Positions 38,907-49,928 of a stretch of DNA of 64,000 nt are shown here, piece after piece (the first letter of the stretch is position 1; each line of letters starts with the position of its first letter). Origin of the DNA: Myxococcota bacterium (lineage in GTDB: Bacteria; Myxococcota_A; Polyangia; Nannocystales; Nannocystaceae); contig JBCCHT010000043.1 in assembly GCA_039028615.1 (NCBI GenBank), positions 32,001 through 96,000 on the forward strand, written 5' to 3'. The notes under the pieces are model-generated. The model had not been told where the DNA came from, did not search any database, and worked only from the letters and a program-made list of their open reading frames with translations. A program made the translations under genes and the position numbers.

Positions 38907-40130
38907 GTGCAGAACCACGAACAAAGGGCCAATAGCGCCCGTTTCGTGCTGGCCCTGGCCGAGCAGCTCCACGAGCACGGGACGCCCGCCCACCAGCTCG
39001 AGCAGAGCCTGGCCGCGGTGGCGAGCGCGCTGGGCCTGCGCTCGTGCCAGTTCCTGTCCACCCCGACCGCCATGCACATGGCGATCGGTGACGGGGCGGC
39101 GCAGCAGGTGTTCCTGCGGCGGGCCCAGGGCGCACGCTTCGACCTCGAGACCCTCGCCGGACTCGATGCGATCGTCGACGAGGTCGTCGCCGGTCGGCTG
39201 ACGGCAGCAGAGGCCGAGCGTCGCCTGGCCGCGCTGCACAACCGAAGCCCGCGCTACGGCGCCCGAGCCATGCGCTGGGCGTCGGCGGGCGCCTCGGGTA
39301 CGGCCGCCATTTTTCTCGGCGGCGGCATCATCGAGATGCTCGCCGCCAGCCTGCTCGGCTACGGCGTGGGCACGCTCGCCCAGTGGACCGCCCTGCGCCC
39401 GCGGGCCCGCACCGTGCACGAACCGCTGACCGCGTTCGCGGCCTCGGCCTTCGTGACCGTGGCCGGCGTGCTGCTCCCCGGCCTCAACGATGGCGTGGTG
39501 TTGGTCTCCGCGTTGATCATGCTCGTGCCCGGCTTGTCGCTGACCATCGCCATGACCGAGCTGGCGGGTGGGCATCTCGTGTCGGGTACCGCTCGCCTCG
39601 CGGGCGCCATGACCCTGATGCTCACCATGCTCTTCGGCGCCGCGTTGGGGCGTCAGCTGGCCAACGCCATCGCGCTGCCCGCCCTGATGCCGCTGCCGCT
39701 GATCGAGCTCCCGCCCGGCACCTGGCTGGCAGCGATGGCCGCCGCCACCACGGCGTTCACCGTGCTGCTCGGCGCCCGCCCCCGCGACTGCGGCTGGATC
39801 GCGATCGCATGCGGCCTGGGCTTCGTCGCGGCATCGATGGGCGGCGACGCGCTCGGACCGGAGCTCGGAGCCTTCGCCGGCTCGATGGCGGTGGGCCTGG
39901 TCAGCAACGTCTTCGCCCGCCACCGCCGACGGCCCGCCACGTTGCTGCGCCTGCCCGGCTTGCTGCTGCTCGTCCCCGGCAGCCTCGGCTTTCGCAGCCT
40001 CAGCTCACTGCTGGAAGCGGACACCATCGCGGGCACGGACGGCCTGTTCCGCGCGGCCCTGGTCACCGTGGCCCTGGCCATCGGCATGTTCGCCGCCGAC
40101 CTGCTCGTCTCCCCGCGACGCACCCTGTGA
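38907..40130 (+). CDS. threonine/serine exporter ThrE family protein
   Basis: L...G.PAH.LE, LVPGLSLT.AM.EL..GHLVSG.ARL, PGLLLLVPGS.GF; about 10 TM helices. Confidence 0.88.
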   Translation: MQNHEQRANSARFVLALAEQLHEHGTPAHQLEQSLAAVASALGLRSCQFLSTPTAMHMAIGDGAAQQVFLRRAQGARFDLETLAGLDAIVDEVVAGRLTAAEAERRLAALHNRSPRYGARAMRWASAGASGTAAIFLGGGIIEMLAASLLGYGVGTLAQWTALRPRARTVHEPLTAFAASAFVTVAGVLLPGLNDGVVLVSALIMLVPGLSLTIAMTELAGGHLVSGTARLAGAMTLMLTMLFGAALGRQLANAIALPALMPLPLIELPPGTWLAAMAAATTAFTVLLGARPRDCGWIAIACGLGFVAASMGGDALGPELGAFAGSMAVGLVSNVFARHRRRPATLLRLPGLLLLVPGSLGFRSLSSLLEADTIAGTDGLFRAALVTVALAIGMFAADLLVSPRRTL

Positions 40131-40144
40131 CCGGAGCGACCGCG

Positions 40145-40693
40145 CTACCCGAGCAGCCACTCGACCAAGTTGCCCCCGAACCAGGTCTCGAGCGCAACCC
40201 AAGGCACCAGGCCGATGATGCTCGCCAGCACGAAGGGCACGAAGCGAACCCGCGACACGCCGAACAGCAGCTGCATGGGGCCGAAGGTGAACAGCCCCAG
40301 GCGCATGAAGAGCACGGTGCGGAAGCCTCGCTTGGCCAGGCGCTCGTCGTAGCCCTCGAGCTTCGCGGGCAAGCGCTCTTGGACCCACTCGCGACCCACG
40401 TAGCGGGCGAAGGCGAACGCCACACACCCGGCTGCGACCGCGCCGATCCACGACAAAGAGAACGCGAACCAGGGGTTCCAGATGAGCGCGGCCGCGATGA
40501 TGAACGCGTGCGAGGCGACCCCCAGCGGCTGCAGGGCGGCGAACGCGGCGACGAACAGGATGGGGCCCCACGCGCCGGACGAGCGCAGCTGCTCGCGGAC
40601 CTCTTCCGGATCGAGATCCATCGAGAACACGGCGACGATCAGCGCCACGTAAACGAGGACCAGCAATAGCCGGGCACGGGGGGGCTTGCTCAC
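40145..40693 (-). CDS. TVP38/TMEM64 (VTT/DedA-like) membrane protein
   Basis: GAWGPILFV, AFAFARYVGR, FMRL...P....G.SRVRF..F; start moved to GTG 40693. Confidence 0.8.
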   Translation of the reverse strand: MSKPPRARLLLVLVYVALIVAVFSMDLDPEEVREQLRSSGAWGPILFVAAFAALQPLGVASHAFIIAAALIWNPWFAFSLSWIGAVAAGCVAFAFARYVGREWVQERLPAKLEGYDERLAKRGFRTVLFMRLGLFTFGPMQLLFGVSRVRFVPFVLASIIGLVPWVALETWFGGNLVEWLLG

Positions 40694-40903
40694 GGCGGGG
40701 GTCAACGTAGCAGCCCCGCCCAGGCAGTCCAGCGTCGCAATGGGACCGAGGGGGTGGACCCAGGAACAAAGGCTCGGCAGCCGCCGCCAAACCGCCTCCA
40801 GATGCCACGGAGCGCCGTATTCGACCATTCACCCCGAACACTCCAGGCGAGCCCGACACCCCGCAGCCGGGGGCGCTACAGTGGCCGCGAACGGCCCCTG
40901 CCC

Positions 40904-41692
40904 ATGCCTCCCGCTCGCAGCTCCCGTGGCAAATCGTCCTCCGACGGCGTCCCCAAGTTCTCGGGAAGCCTCCCGCCCGACGCCCAGACCCGGGCGGACG
41001 AGATCCATCGGCGCCTGCGGAAGGCCCAGCCCAAGCCCCAGGTCGAGCTCGATCACGAAGACGCTTGGCAGCTGCTCATCGCCACGATCCTGGCGGCGCG
41101 CTCCAACGACCGCATCATCAACTCGATCACGCCCGACCTCTTTGCCCGCTGGCCCACGCCGGCCGCCCTCGCCGCGGCGCCCCAAGACGAGGTCGAGGTG
41201 GTGGTGAAGCGCTCGGGCTTCTTCCGCAACAAGGCCAAGGCGATCCGCAAGACCGCCCAGGCCGTCGTCACCGAGTTCGACGGCGAGGTGCCCCAGACGA
41301 TGGCCGAGCTGTGCACGCTGCCCGGCGTCGCCCGCAAGACGGCCAACGTCGTGCTCAGCTCCGTGCACGGCATGAACAGCGGCATCGTCGTCGACCTGCA
41401 CGTCACGCGTCTGGTCGAGCGCTTCGGCTTCACCAACGACAAGGACGCCAAGCGCATCGAGGCCATGCTGTGCGTGCTCTTCCCGAAGCGCTCGTGGGCC
41501 GACGTGGGGCACCGCCTCGTCCTGCACGGTCGTCACGTCTGCACCGCACGCAAGCCCAAGTGCCTCCACTGCCCCATCAACGAGGTCTGCCCCAGCGCCT
41601 CCGAGGAGCCGGCCGGAGGCTGGACCGCCCGGGCCCGCTGGGAACAGACGCTCACCGAGTCCCGCGGCACCGTCGATCCGCTGAAGGAATGA
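40904..41692 (+). CDS. nth: endonuclease III
   Basis: QLLIATILAA, GFFRNKAK, HhH LPGVARKTANVV, VD.HV.R, [4Fe-4S] C.ARKPKC..CP....CPS. Confidence 0.93.
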   Translation: MPPARSSRGKSSSDGVPKFSGSLPPDAQTRADEIHRRLRKAQPKPQVELDHEDAWQLLIATILAARSNDRIINSITPDLFARWPTPAALAAAPQDEVEVVVKRSGFFRNKAKAIRKTAQAVVTEFDGEVPQTMAELCTLPGVARKTANVVLSSVHGMNSGIVVDLHVTRLVERFGFTNDKDAKRIEAMLCVLFPKRSWADVGHRLVLHGRHVCTARKPKCLHCPINEVCPSASEEPAGGWTARARWEQTLTESRGTVDPLKE

Positions 41693-43146
41693 GCCCGGCC
41701 ATGCCCATGCGGTGCGTCGCCCTCGGGCTGCTGTTGCTCTCCGCGCTCGCCTGCCCCATGTCGACCCCGCCTCACACGCCCCGGACCTTCCACGTCGCGC
41801 CCCACGGTGACGACGGTGGCCCCGGCTCCCGCCAAGAGCCCTGGGCCACGCTCCACCACGCCGCCTGGACCCTGCGGGCGGGGGACCGCGTGCTCGTGCA
41901 CGGCGGCACCTATGCGATCGCCGACGAGATTCGCCCCCGCCACTCCGGCACCGAAGACGCCTGGATCGTCTACGCCGCCGCGCCCGGTGAAGAGGTGATC
42001 ATCGACGCCTCCGCCGTGCCCGTGCCCCTGCCGAAACGGCCACCCTTCGCCCACGATCGCGGTGCCTTTCAGATCGAGGGCGTCGCCTATCTCCGGGTGC
42101 AGGGTCTCACCATTCGCGACTCGCATCGGGCCGGCATCACCATTCGCGACAGCCACCACGTCGCGGTGCTCGACAACACCATCCAGTCGACCTTCACCTC
42201 GGGCATCGCCGCCTGGGATTCCCAGCACGACGGCACGGGCACCGATCACATCGAGATCCGGGGCAACACCGTCACCCACACCAACACCTGGGACATGCTC
42301 CCGCCGGGCTGGGTCCGCGGTCGCGAGCCTCCCCACGAGGCCATCAGCCTGGGCGGCGTGCAGCACTTCGAGGTCAGCCACAACCACGTCCACCACTGCG
42401 ACAAGGAAGGCATCGACATCAAGGAGAACAGCGGCCACGGCCGGGTGCACCACAACCACGTGCACCACGTCGCCCGCCAGGGCCTGTATGTCGATGGATG
42501 GTTCGACACCCTGCAGAACGTCGAGCTATTCGAAAACGTCGTGCACGACAACGGCGGCGCCGGGCTGGCAATCTCGGTGGAGAACGGCCCCGCCGTGCAG
42601 AACGTGCGGGTGCACCACAACCTCATCTACGACAACCAAGGCTCGGGCGTGTACTTCTCGCGCTGGGGCGATGGGCCGCGGCGCGACATCGTCCTCGAGC
42701 ACAACACCCTCCACCACAACGGTCACGGCCCGACCAAGGAAGGCCAGGCGCACTTTTGGATGACCGGGGGGATCTACTTGTTGTCGGGCAACGTGAAGGG
42801 CATCGAGATCCGCGACAACGTGCTCAGTGACAACCGGGCCTTTCAGATCGGCGTGAGCCACTACCTGCGGGAGGACGCCACGGACAACGCCGATGCGCTC
42901 GCCCGGCACGACATCGTCATCGAGCGCAACGTGATCGATGCGAAAGCTGATCTCGAGCCCCCGATCGCCGTCGCCAAGGGGCCGCCCGAACAAGCCCTGG
43001 TGTGGCCGACGCAAGGCGACGCGCCCATCGTGGGCACGCCCGACTTCGTCGACGCGCCGAACGGCGACTTCCGCCTGCGCCCCGGATCGCCGGGCACCGA
43101 ATCGAGCACGACCCCCGGCGCACGGCCGGTCGTCGAAGACCAATAG
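41689..43146 (+). CDS. lipoprotein with right-handed parallel beta-helix (pectin lyase-like, DUF1565-type) repeats
   Basis: ALAC lipobox; FHVAP.GDD...GS..EPW.T, GD.V.V.GGTY, repeated N.VH.N, GDFRL.PGSP; ATGA overlap with the nth stop. Confidence 0.8.
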   Translation: MSPAMPMRCVALGLLLLSALACPMSTPPHTPRTFHVAPHGDDGGPGSRQEPWATLHHAAWTLRAGDRVLVHGGTYAIADEIRPRHSGTEDAWIVYAAAPGEEVIIDASAVPVPLPKRPPFAHDRGAFQIEGVAYLRVQGLTIRDSHRAGITIRDSHHVAVLDNTIQSTFTSGIAAWDSQHDGTGTDHIEIRGNTVTHTNTWDMLPPGWVRGREPPHEAISLGGVQHFEVSHNHVHHCDKEGIDIKENSGHGRVHHNHVHHVARQGLYVDGWFDTLQNVELFENVVHDNGGAGLAISVENGPAVQNVRVHHNLIYDNQGSGVYFSRWGDGPRRDIVLEHNTLHHNGHGPTKEGQAHFWMTGGIYLLSGNVKGIEIRDNVLSDNRAFQIGVSHYLREDATDNADALARHDIVIERNVIDAKADLEPPIAVAKGPPEQALVWPTQGDAPIVGTPDFVDAPNGDFRLRPGSPGTESSTTPGARPVVEDQ

Positions 43147-43151
43147 CGCCG

Positions 43152-44132
43152 TCAGGCGGGGGGAACGGTGGGATAGGGCTGCGTGGTCTCGCGCGGCGTG
43201 GGACTCGGCGCGGGGTTTTCTTCGAGCAGGCGGTAGCGCAGGTGCACGCCCGCCACGACGACGGCCGGGCGCAGGGCGAGGTTGAGGCCGGGGATGGCGA
43301 GCATGATGGCGATGCCCAGGCCGAACCCCAGGGAAATCCAGGGCTCGTCTTCGGTGAGGTCGACTTCGGCGCGCCACGGACGGGCGAGGCTGGTGACGAC
43401 CTCGGAGAGCATGACCAACGGCCCGAGCAACTTCCATGGGCCCGAGCGCTGACCGACGTTGGCAGCCCAGCGGTGAAACCAGGGGATGCCCGGCCGCCCC
43501 TGACCGAGGGCTTCGATCTCCTCGACGGTTTGCCCGGGCGGCAGCGTCCGCGAGTTGTCGTAGCCCTCGACGACGATCCAGTGCAGGGCCCAGGCGCCTT
43601 GGATGCACAGCGCATAGAAGGCGCCGACCCAGGGCACGATGCCGAGCAGCACGGTCAACGGCAGCACACCGAGGGCGAGGATCAGCAGCTGCGCGAGCCA
43701 CTCGCCGCCGAGCTGAACCCACCCGCGTACATATGGTTCGGCGGGACTGAGGCCGAGCACGGGGCGAGCCTTGGCGGCCAGGCTGGCGTAGACCCGGGCC
43801 AAGATGAGCGGAGGCACGGGCGCGAGCGCGGCGATGGTCACGAAGTAGCTCGCCACACCAGCCCAAAACCCGCGCTCTTGCCCCGCGAAGTAGGCCGCGA
43901 CCAGAGCGATCGCCATGACGAGGAACATCGGCGCGAGCGCCATGCCGAGCAGCTCGGGGGAGCGCAGCAGGGTGCGCAAGCCCAAGAAGGGCTGGGCGAG
44001 ACCGTAGTGGATGAGGTTGACGCGGCTGCGATCGGCGGGAATCGGCGTGGGCTGCTCCGTATGCTCGCGCAACGTCTCCCATTGCCTGCGCGACGACGCG
44101 GGCGGATCGGACGGCGGCGGCACGGTGCTCAC
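43152..44132 (-). CDS. EI24/CysZ-like membrane protein
   Basis: GL.QPF.G.R.L, hydrophobic helices, LGFG......IPGLNL..RP..VVAG; start moved to GTG 44132. Confidence 0.6.
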   Translation of the reverse strand: MSTVPPPSDPPASSRRQWETLREHTEQPTPIPADRSRVNLIHYGLAQPFLGLRTLLRSPELLGMALAPMFLVMAIALVAAYFAGQERGFWAGVASYFVTIAALAPVPPLILARVYASLAAKARPVLGLSPAEPYVRGWVQLGGEWLAQLLILALGVLPLTVLLGIVPWVGAFYALCIQGAWALHWIVVEGYDNSRTLPPGQTVEEIEALGQGRPGIPWFHRWAANVGQRSGPWKLLGPLVMLSEVVTSLARPWRAEVDLTEDEPWISLGFGLGIAIMLAIPGLNLALRPAVVVAGVHLRYRLLEENPAPSPTPRETTQPYPTVPPA

Positions 44133-44245
44133 GATGCGCACCCTAACCACGGTCCGGCCGGAGATCATCCCGCGGGGATCACATCGCGGAGAGCGTCACG
44201 ACGGGGCCGTGGTACGCCCCGAAGGCCGCGGGCCGCCCGCGGGCC

Positions 44246-45124
44246 CTACTCACGTTGCCGATCGAGGACGGTGCGCGCCAGCACGATCGCCTCGGGACAC
44301 AGCGCGAGCGTGGGGTTGGCGGCGATGATCCGCTCGATCAGCGGCCGGAAGGGCGGGGCCTTCTTCATATAGGCAGCGATCTGGGCGGCCCCGGTGGGCG
44401 CATCCCCGAGCCGCTCGTGAGCGTTGGCTCGCAGCACGCTGGCCATGAGCGTATCGCCGCCCGAAAGCGGCACGTCGATGAGCTCCTCGCCGAGCGCATC
44501 GAGCACGCCCGGGTAATCAGCCCGCACGGTGTCGACATAGGCGCGCGTGAGGCGATGCGCACTGAAGGCGGGGAGCAGCGTGGACTGCGGGTCCATCTGC
44601 GAGAGCCAGTGCTCGGCCGCCGCCAGCTCGCCCGTCCGCGCGGCATTGCGGGCGAGCATGCCCAGCAAGACCTGGCGCCGAGACGAGGTCGCGAGGGTCT
44701 CGGTGGCGGTCTCGAGCAGGGCCCGCTGACGCCGAGCGTTCTCGGGGCCAGCGTAGGCGTTGTACAGCGCGACCGTGAGCCAGTGCACCGTGCCGTCCCG
44801 CGTGTCGGAGCCGGCCTGGGCTCGCGCGGACCGGAGCATGACCTCCGCCTGCTCGCGACGCTGCGCATCCATGGGCCCGGACAAGAACGGCTTCATGTCG
44901 TCGGGGATCGGCTCTTCGCGACCGACCTGGGCGCGCAGACGCTCGAGCCGCTCGGACTCGGGCACCATGGATTGCACTACGGCCGGAGCACCCGGGCGCG
45001 TGGAGTACACCGCCGCGACTCCACAGTAGCCACACTGCACCTTGCCTCCATCGAGCGCGACGTCGACGGGCGCCCCGCATCCGGGACACGCGAGGACTCG
45101 GATGGAAGTGTCGTAGGTGCCCAT
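44246..45124 (-). CDS. hypothetical protein: N-terminal zinc ribbon plus helical (TPR-like) domain
   Basis: CPGCGAP...VQCGYCG followed by Ala/Leu-rich helical repeats. Confidence 0.65.
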   Translation of the reverse strand: MGTYDTSIRVLACPGCGAPVDVALDGGKVQCGYCGVAAVYSTRPGAPAVVQSMVPESERLERLRAQVGREEPIPDDMKPFLSGPMDAQRREQAEVMLRSARAQAGSDTRDGTVHWLTVALYNAYAGPENARRQRALLETATETLATSSRRQVLLGMLARNAARTGELAAAEHWLSQMDPQSTLLPAFSAHRLTRAYVDTVRADYPGVLDALGEELIDVPLSGGDTLMASVLRANAHERLGDAPTGAAQIAAYMKKAPPFRPLIERIIAANPTLALCPEAIVLARTVLDRQRE

Positions 45125-45300
45125 GGTCGAGACGATGGTATCGAAAACACGCGAACCGATGGGCAATCGTCGCCCCGGTTTAAGGCCACCTTAAGTCGCC
45201 GCCCTCGACCCTGCTGCCTACCTTGGAGCCTGTGCCCCCTCGGGTTGCCTCCCCCGGCCCGTGGGTCCTCCTGGCTCGGGGACGACGAAAGCATCGGAAC

Positions 45301-47757
45301 ATGAAAACGCCATACGGCAGCGCGCTTGTATTGATGGCATCCATATTGGCTATGGGTTGCCCTTCCGACGACGACCCCCCGGACGCGGGCGAAACCGAAG
45401 ATCCCACGGGTGGTCAGCAAGACACGGGAACGACGGCCGGGAACGACACCGAGGTCGTCGACGATTCGACCGGCGATACGACCGAGGGCGAAGACACCAC
45501 GGGTGGCGAAGAGGCGGGGCTGCTGCCCGGACCCACCAAGGGCGGGCCGATCCTGGCCAATGCCGCGGGCGATACGCTCGCGGTGGCCAACAAGGCGACG
45601 GGCGACGTCACCCTGTTCTCGCTGCCCGATCTGACGGAACGAGCCCGCATCGGCGTGGGCGCAGAGCCCGTCTCGGTGAGCTGGTCCCCCGACGATTCCA
45701 CGCTGTACGTGGTCAATCGAGCGGACGGCACGGTCAGCCAGATCCTCGATGCCAACACCGACAGCCCCTCGGAGGGCAGCACCGTGCCGGTCGGCTCCGA
45801 GCCGATCCAGGGCGCGCTGTCGCCCCGCGGCACGAACCTGTACGTGAGTTCGTGGGTCGACGGCACGCTCAACGTGATCGACACGGCCACCATGGAGGTC
45901 ACCGAGCAGATCAGCTTGGGCGGCGCTCCCTATGCGGTGTGCGTGACCAACGACGGTGACGAGGACGAGGACGACGAGTCCGTCTATGTCACCGACTTTT
46001 ACGGTCGAGCGCTGGCGGGCGCCCAAGAGGCCGAGGACACCACCCGCGAGGGCCGGGTGTTCCAGCTCCGCACCAACAGCCTCGAGTTCGACGAGCACAC
46101 GCTCGCGCCCTTCGACGACTCGGGGATCCCCGGCTTCGAGGACACGGGCTTTTATCCCAACCAGCTGTACTCGTGCGTGGTCAATACCGACTACCTGTAC
46201 GTGACGGCCATCGGGGCGAGCCCAGCCGCCTTCAACGGCACCACCGACTTCCACCAGAACGTACAGGGCATGGTGGGGGCACTGGCCCTGGACTCGGGCG
46301 ACGAGGCCCGCGAGCGCTCGGTGAACCTCAATACGCTGGTCGATGCCCTACCCGCGCCCAAGCGCTTCGTGGCCGTCCCGTCGGACATCGCCTTCGCGCC
46401 CAACAGCGACTTCGGCTACATCGCCTCGACCGCGAGCAACTCGCTGTTCCGCGTCGACTGGACCCAGTCTCCGCCCGAGGGTGGCTCGCCGTCGGGCGCG
46501 ACCTTCCTGGGCACCGACTTCTCGCCCACCGGGGTCACCATCGTGGGGACCACGGCCTACGTCTACAACGAGGTCGGGCGCTCGATCTCCGAGATCGACC
46601 TGGCCAACCAGGAGACGCTGCAGGCCTCCATCGAGTCGGCGCCGCAACCCGACACCGCGGCCGAGATCAGCGAGCTTCGAGGGCAGCGCTTCTTCAACAC
46701 CGGCCTGGCGCGCTGGTCGGCCAACGGCTGGGTCTCGTGCCTGGCCTGCCACCCGGCGGGGCTCACCGACAACGTCACCTGGCGCTTCCCCGCGGGGCCA
46801 CGACAGACGGTCGACCTGTCCGGCTCCTTCAACGAGGGCGGCGCGGTGCAGCGGATCTTCAACTGGACCGCGATCTTCGACGAGGTCCACGACTTCGAGC
46901 TCAACACGCGCGGGGTCGCGGGCGGCACGGGAGCCATCGTCAACGACGCGGGCCTCAACGACGACGGCTCGCCCAACGCCGCCGCCCGCATCGACTTCAT
47001 CGGCGAGGGCGGCGTGCCCAACCCGGAGAACGGCTTCAACGTGGGCTCGACCCGCGCGGTGGCCTTGTCGGGGGCGACGCCCGAAGACTGGGACGACATC
47101 ATGAACTACGTCGCCACCCTGCGGGCGCCAAATGCCGCGACGGTGGCCGATGGTGATGCCACCGCCGGCCGGGCGGTGTTCGAGGAGGGCGGCTGTCACA
47201 ACTGCCACGCCGGCCCGCTGTGGACGCTCTCGGAGCGCTACTACACGCCCGCGCTCGACCAGGACGCCCGTCCGCTGACCTTGTTGTCGCAGGGTATCGA
47301 CAGCATCGAGGTCCGGGCCGACCAAGTCGCCTCGACCAACCCCGAGGAGATGTTCGTGCTGCAGAACGACGCCAACGGGGCACCCCAGCGTCACTCGTGC
47401 GTGGTGCGAATCGTGGGCTCCTTCGGCGAGACGGGTCCCGAGGGCCGCGGCGCCACGGAGATTCGACAAAACGGTGGCCCCGCGCAGGGGGTCGACGGGT
47501 TCAACGTTCCTTCGTTGTTCGGGGTCTCGGTAGGCGGGCCCTTCTTGCACAACGGCGCGGCGGAAACCCTCGAGGAACTGCTCGATCCGTCGGGCAACTT
47601 CGTCGACCACCTGCGCGCGGGCAACCAGGTGTTCGCGCCCTCCGAAGACGAGTTGGCCGACCTCATCGCGTTCCTGCGCTCCATCGACGACTCGACCGAG
47701 GCCATCGACATACCCGCGGAGCAGAACTTCTGCCCCGACGGCCTGACCTTCGACTGA
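45301..47757 (+). CDS. lipoprotein: YncE/YVTN beta-propeller plus diheme cytochrome c peroxidase/MauG-like domain
   Basis: AMGC lipobox; LYVVN..DGTVS repeats; CLACH and CHNCH heme motifs; VPSL.GV....PFLHNG.A.TLEE. Confidence 0.85.
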   Translation: MKTPYGSALVLMASILAMGCPSDDDPPDAGETEDPTGGQQDTGTTAGNDTEVVDDSTGDTTEGEDTTGGEEAGLLPGPTKGGPILANAAGDTLAVANKATGDVTLFSLPDLTERARIGVGAEPVSVSWSPDDSTLYVVNRADGTVSQILDANTDSPSEGSTVPVGSEPIQGALSPRGTNLYVSSWVDGTLNVIDTATMEVTEQISLGGAPYAVCVTNDGDEDEDDESVYVTDFYGRALAGAQEAEDTTREGRVFQLRTNSLEFDEHTLAPFDDSGIPGFEDTGFYPNQLYSCVVNTDYLYVTAIGASPAAFNGTTDFHQNVQGMVGALALDSGDEARERSVNLNTLVDALPAPKRFVAVPSDIAFAPNSDFGYIASTASNSLFRVDWTQSPPEGGSPSGATFLGTDFSPTGVTIVGTTAYVYNEVGRSISEIDLANQETLQASIESAPQPDTAAEISELRGQRFFNTGLARWSANGWVSCLACHPAGLTDNVTWRFPAGPRQTVDLSGSFNEGGAVQRIFNWTAIFDEVHDFELNTRGVAGGTGAIVNDAGLNDDGSPNAAARIDFIGEGGVPNPENGFNVGSTRAVALSGATPEDWDDIMNYVATLRAPNAATVADGDATAGRAVFEEGGCHNCHAGPLWTLSERYYTPALDQDARPLTLLSQGIDSIEVRADQVASTNPEEMFVLQNDANGAPQRHSCVVRIVGSFGETGPEGRGATEIRQNGGPAQGVDGFNVPSLFGVSVGGPFLHNGAAETLEELLDPSGNFVDHLRAGNQVFAPSEDELADLIAFLRSIDDSTEAIDIPAEQNFCPDGLTFD

Positions 47758-47801
47758 AGCAAAACGACGAAGACGACGTTCTTCGCCCTACCCTGGCAAC
47801 T

Positions 47802-47840
47802 CGACGGAGGCGTCCAACCGGCGCCTCCGTCGTCTTCTTT
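47802..47840 (+). terminator. intrinsic terminator
   Basis: 11-bp stem CGACGGAGGCG/CGCCTCCGTCG followed by TCTTCTTT. Confidence 0.75.
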
Positions 47841-47889
47841 CGAAATGGCATCGTCCCGAGCCCCGGGCCGCTGCGCTATCATGCTCCAT

Positions 47890-48723
47890 ATGCATAGATT
47901 GGCTTGGCTGTTCATGATGGTGGGTGCGCTGTCCTGCACGCGCGTCAACGGGGCCTACAACGGCGATCCCGATGCGAGCAGCACGTCGTCGATGGCGGGC
48001 AGCACGGGGCCCCGAACCCCGAACGCCTCTTCGGGGCCCGTGGGCAGCGGCGGCCAGACCTCGGGCGTCGACGGCACGGACACGAACCCACCTCCGGACA
48101 CCACCACCGGTCCGCCGCCGATGACCACCGGGCAGACCACGGACGCCGCGACCACGACCACGGGAATCGCGGAGACGGGCGGGGTCGGTACCGGTCCCGT
48201 CGGCGATCCTTCGCCCTGCTGTGTCACCTTCGGCGGCCAGGGCTGCACGGCCGACCCCGTGGTCGAAGCCTGTGTCTGCGCCATGGACCCGTTCTGCTGC
48301 AAGGGCACGTGGGACGGGCTGTGCGTCGAACACATCCAAAACGGCAAGTGTGGGCACTGCGAGGACATCGAACCCTGCTGCCTCCCACAAGAAACTCCCG
48401 GGTGCGGCATCGATGCGATCGATCAAGGCTGTGTCTGCAGCGCCCTCGAGTCCGCCGGATTCGAAGAGCCCGACTGTTGCGGCACGGCATGGACTCCCGC
48501 GTGCGCCGTCCTGGCGGGAGCCTTGTGCGACATCGATTGCCCGTCACCGCTGGGGAGCTGCTGCGAAGCAACCGGGCTGCTCGGCTGCGAAGATCCCGAC
48601 GCGATGTTCTGCGTATGCGAAGCCAACCCTCAATGTTGCCTGGAGGGCTGGGGTGACGACTGCGTCGCTCTGGCGATCGAGTGCAACAACACGCTGTGCC
48701 CGGGCGTGGGCGGCGTGGAGTAG
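47890..48723 (+). CDS. lipoprotein with three Cys-rich tandem repeats
   Basis: ALSC lipobox, Thr/Gly linker, three CC-x6/7-GC...CVC...CC...W...C...C..C repeats. Confidence 0.75.
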   Translation: MHRLAWLFMMVGALSCTRVNGAYNGDPDASSTSSMAGSTGPRTPNASSGPVGSGGQTSGVDGTDTNPPPDTTTGPPPMTTGQTTDAATTTTGIAETGGVGTGPVGDPSPCCVTFGGQGCTADPVVEACVCAMDPFCCKGTWDGLCVEHIQNGKCGHCEDIEPCCLPQETPGCGIDAIDQGCVCSALESAGFEEPDCCGTAWTPACAVLAGALCDIDCPSPLGSCCEATGLLGCEDPDAMFCVCEANPQCCLEGWGDDCVALAIECNNTLCPGVGGVE

Positions 48724-48731
48724 CACCCGAA

Positions 48732-49784
<1,053 letters not shown>

Positions 49785-49928
49785 GGCTCGGCAGTGTACG
49801 CGCCCGGCCGCGGGCGGTGAAGGCTCCAAGAACGCGAAACGGGCGGGCGACTGTCCGTAGACACTCGCACCGCCCGTCCAGGCTCGCGGGGCGCTCTCGG
49901 GCGCCCGTTCCCTCGGTCGACCGCTGGC

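Noticed and set aside
38327..40130. Divergent Lrp regulator and ThrE exporter as a novel system
   Set aside because: Ordinary arrangement for regulated amino-acid export
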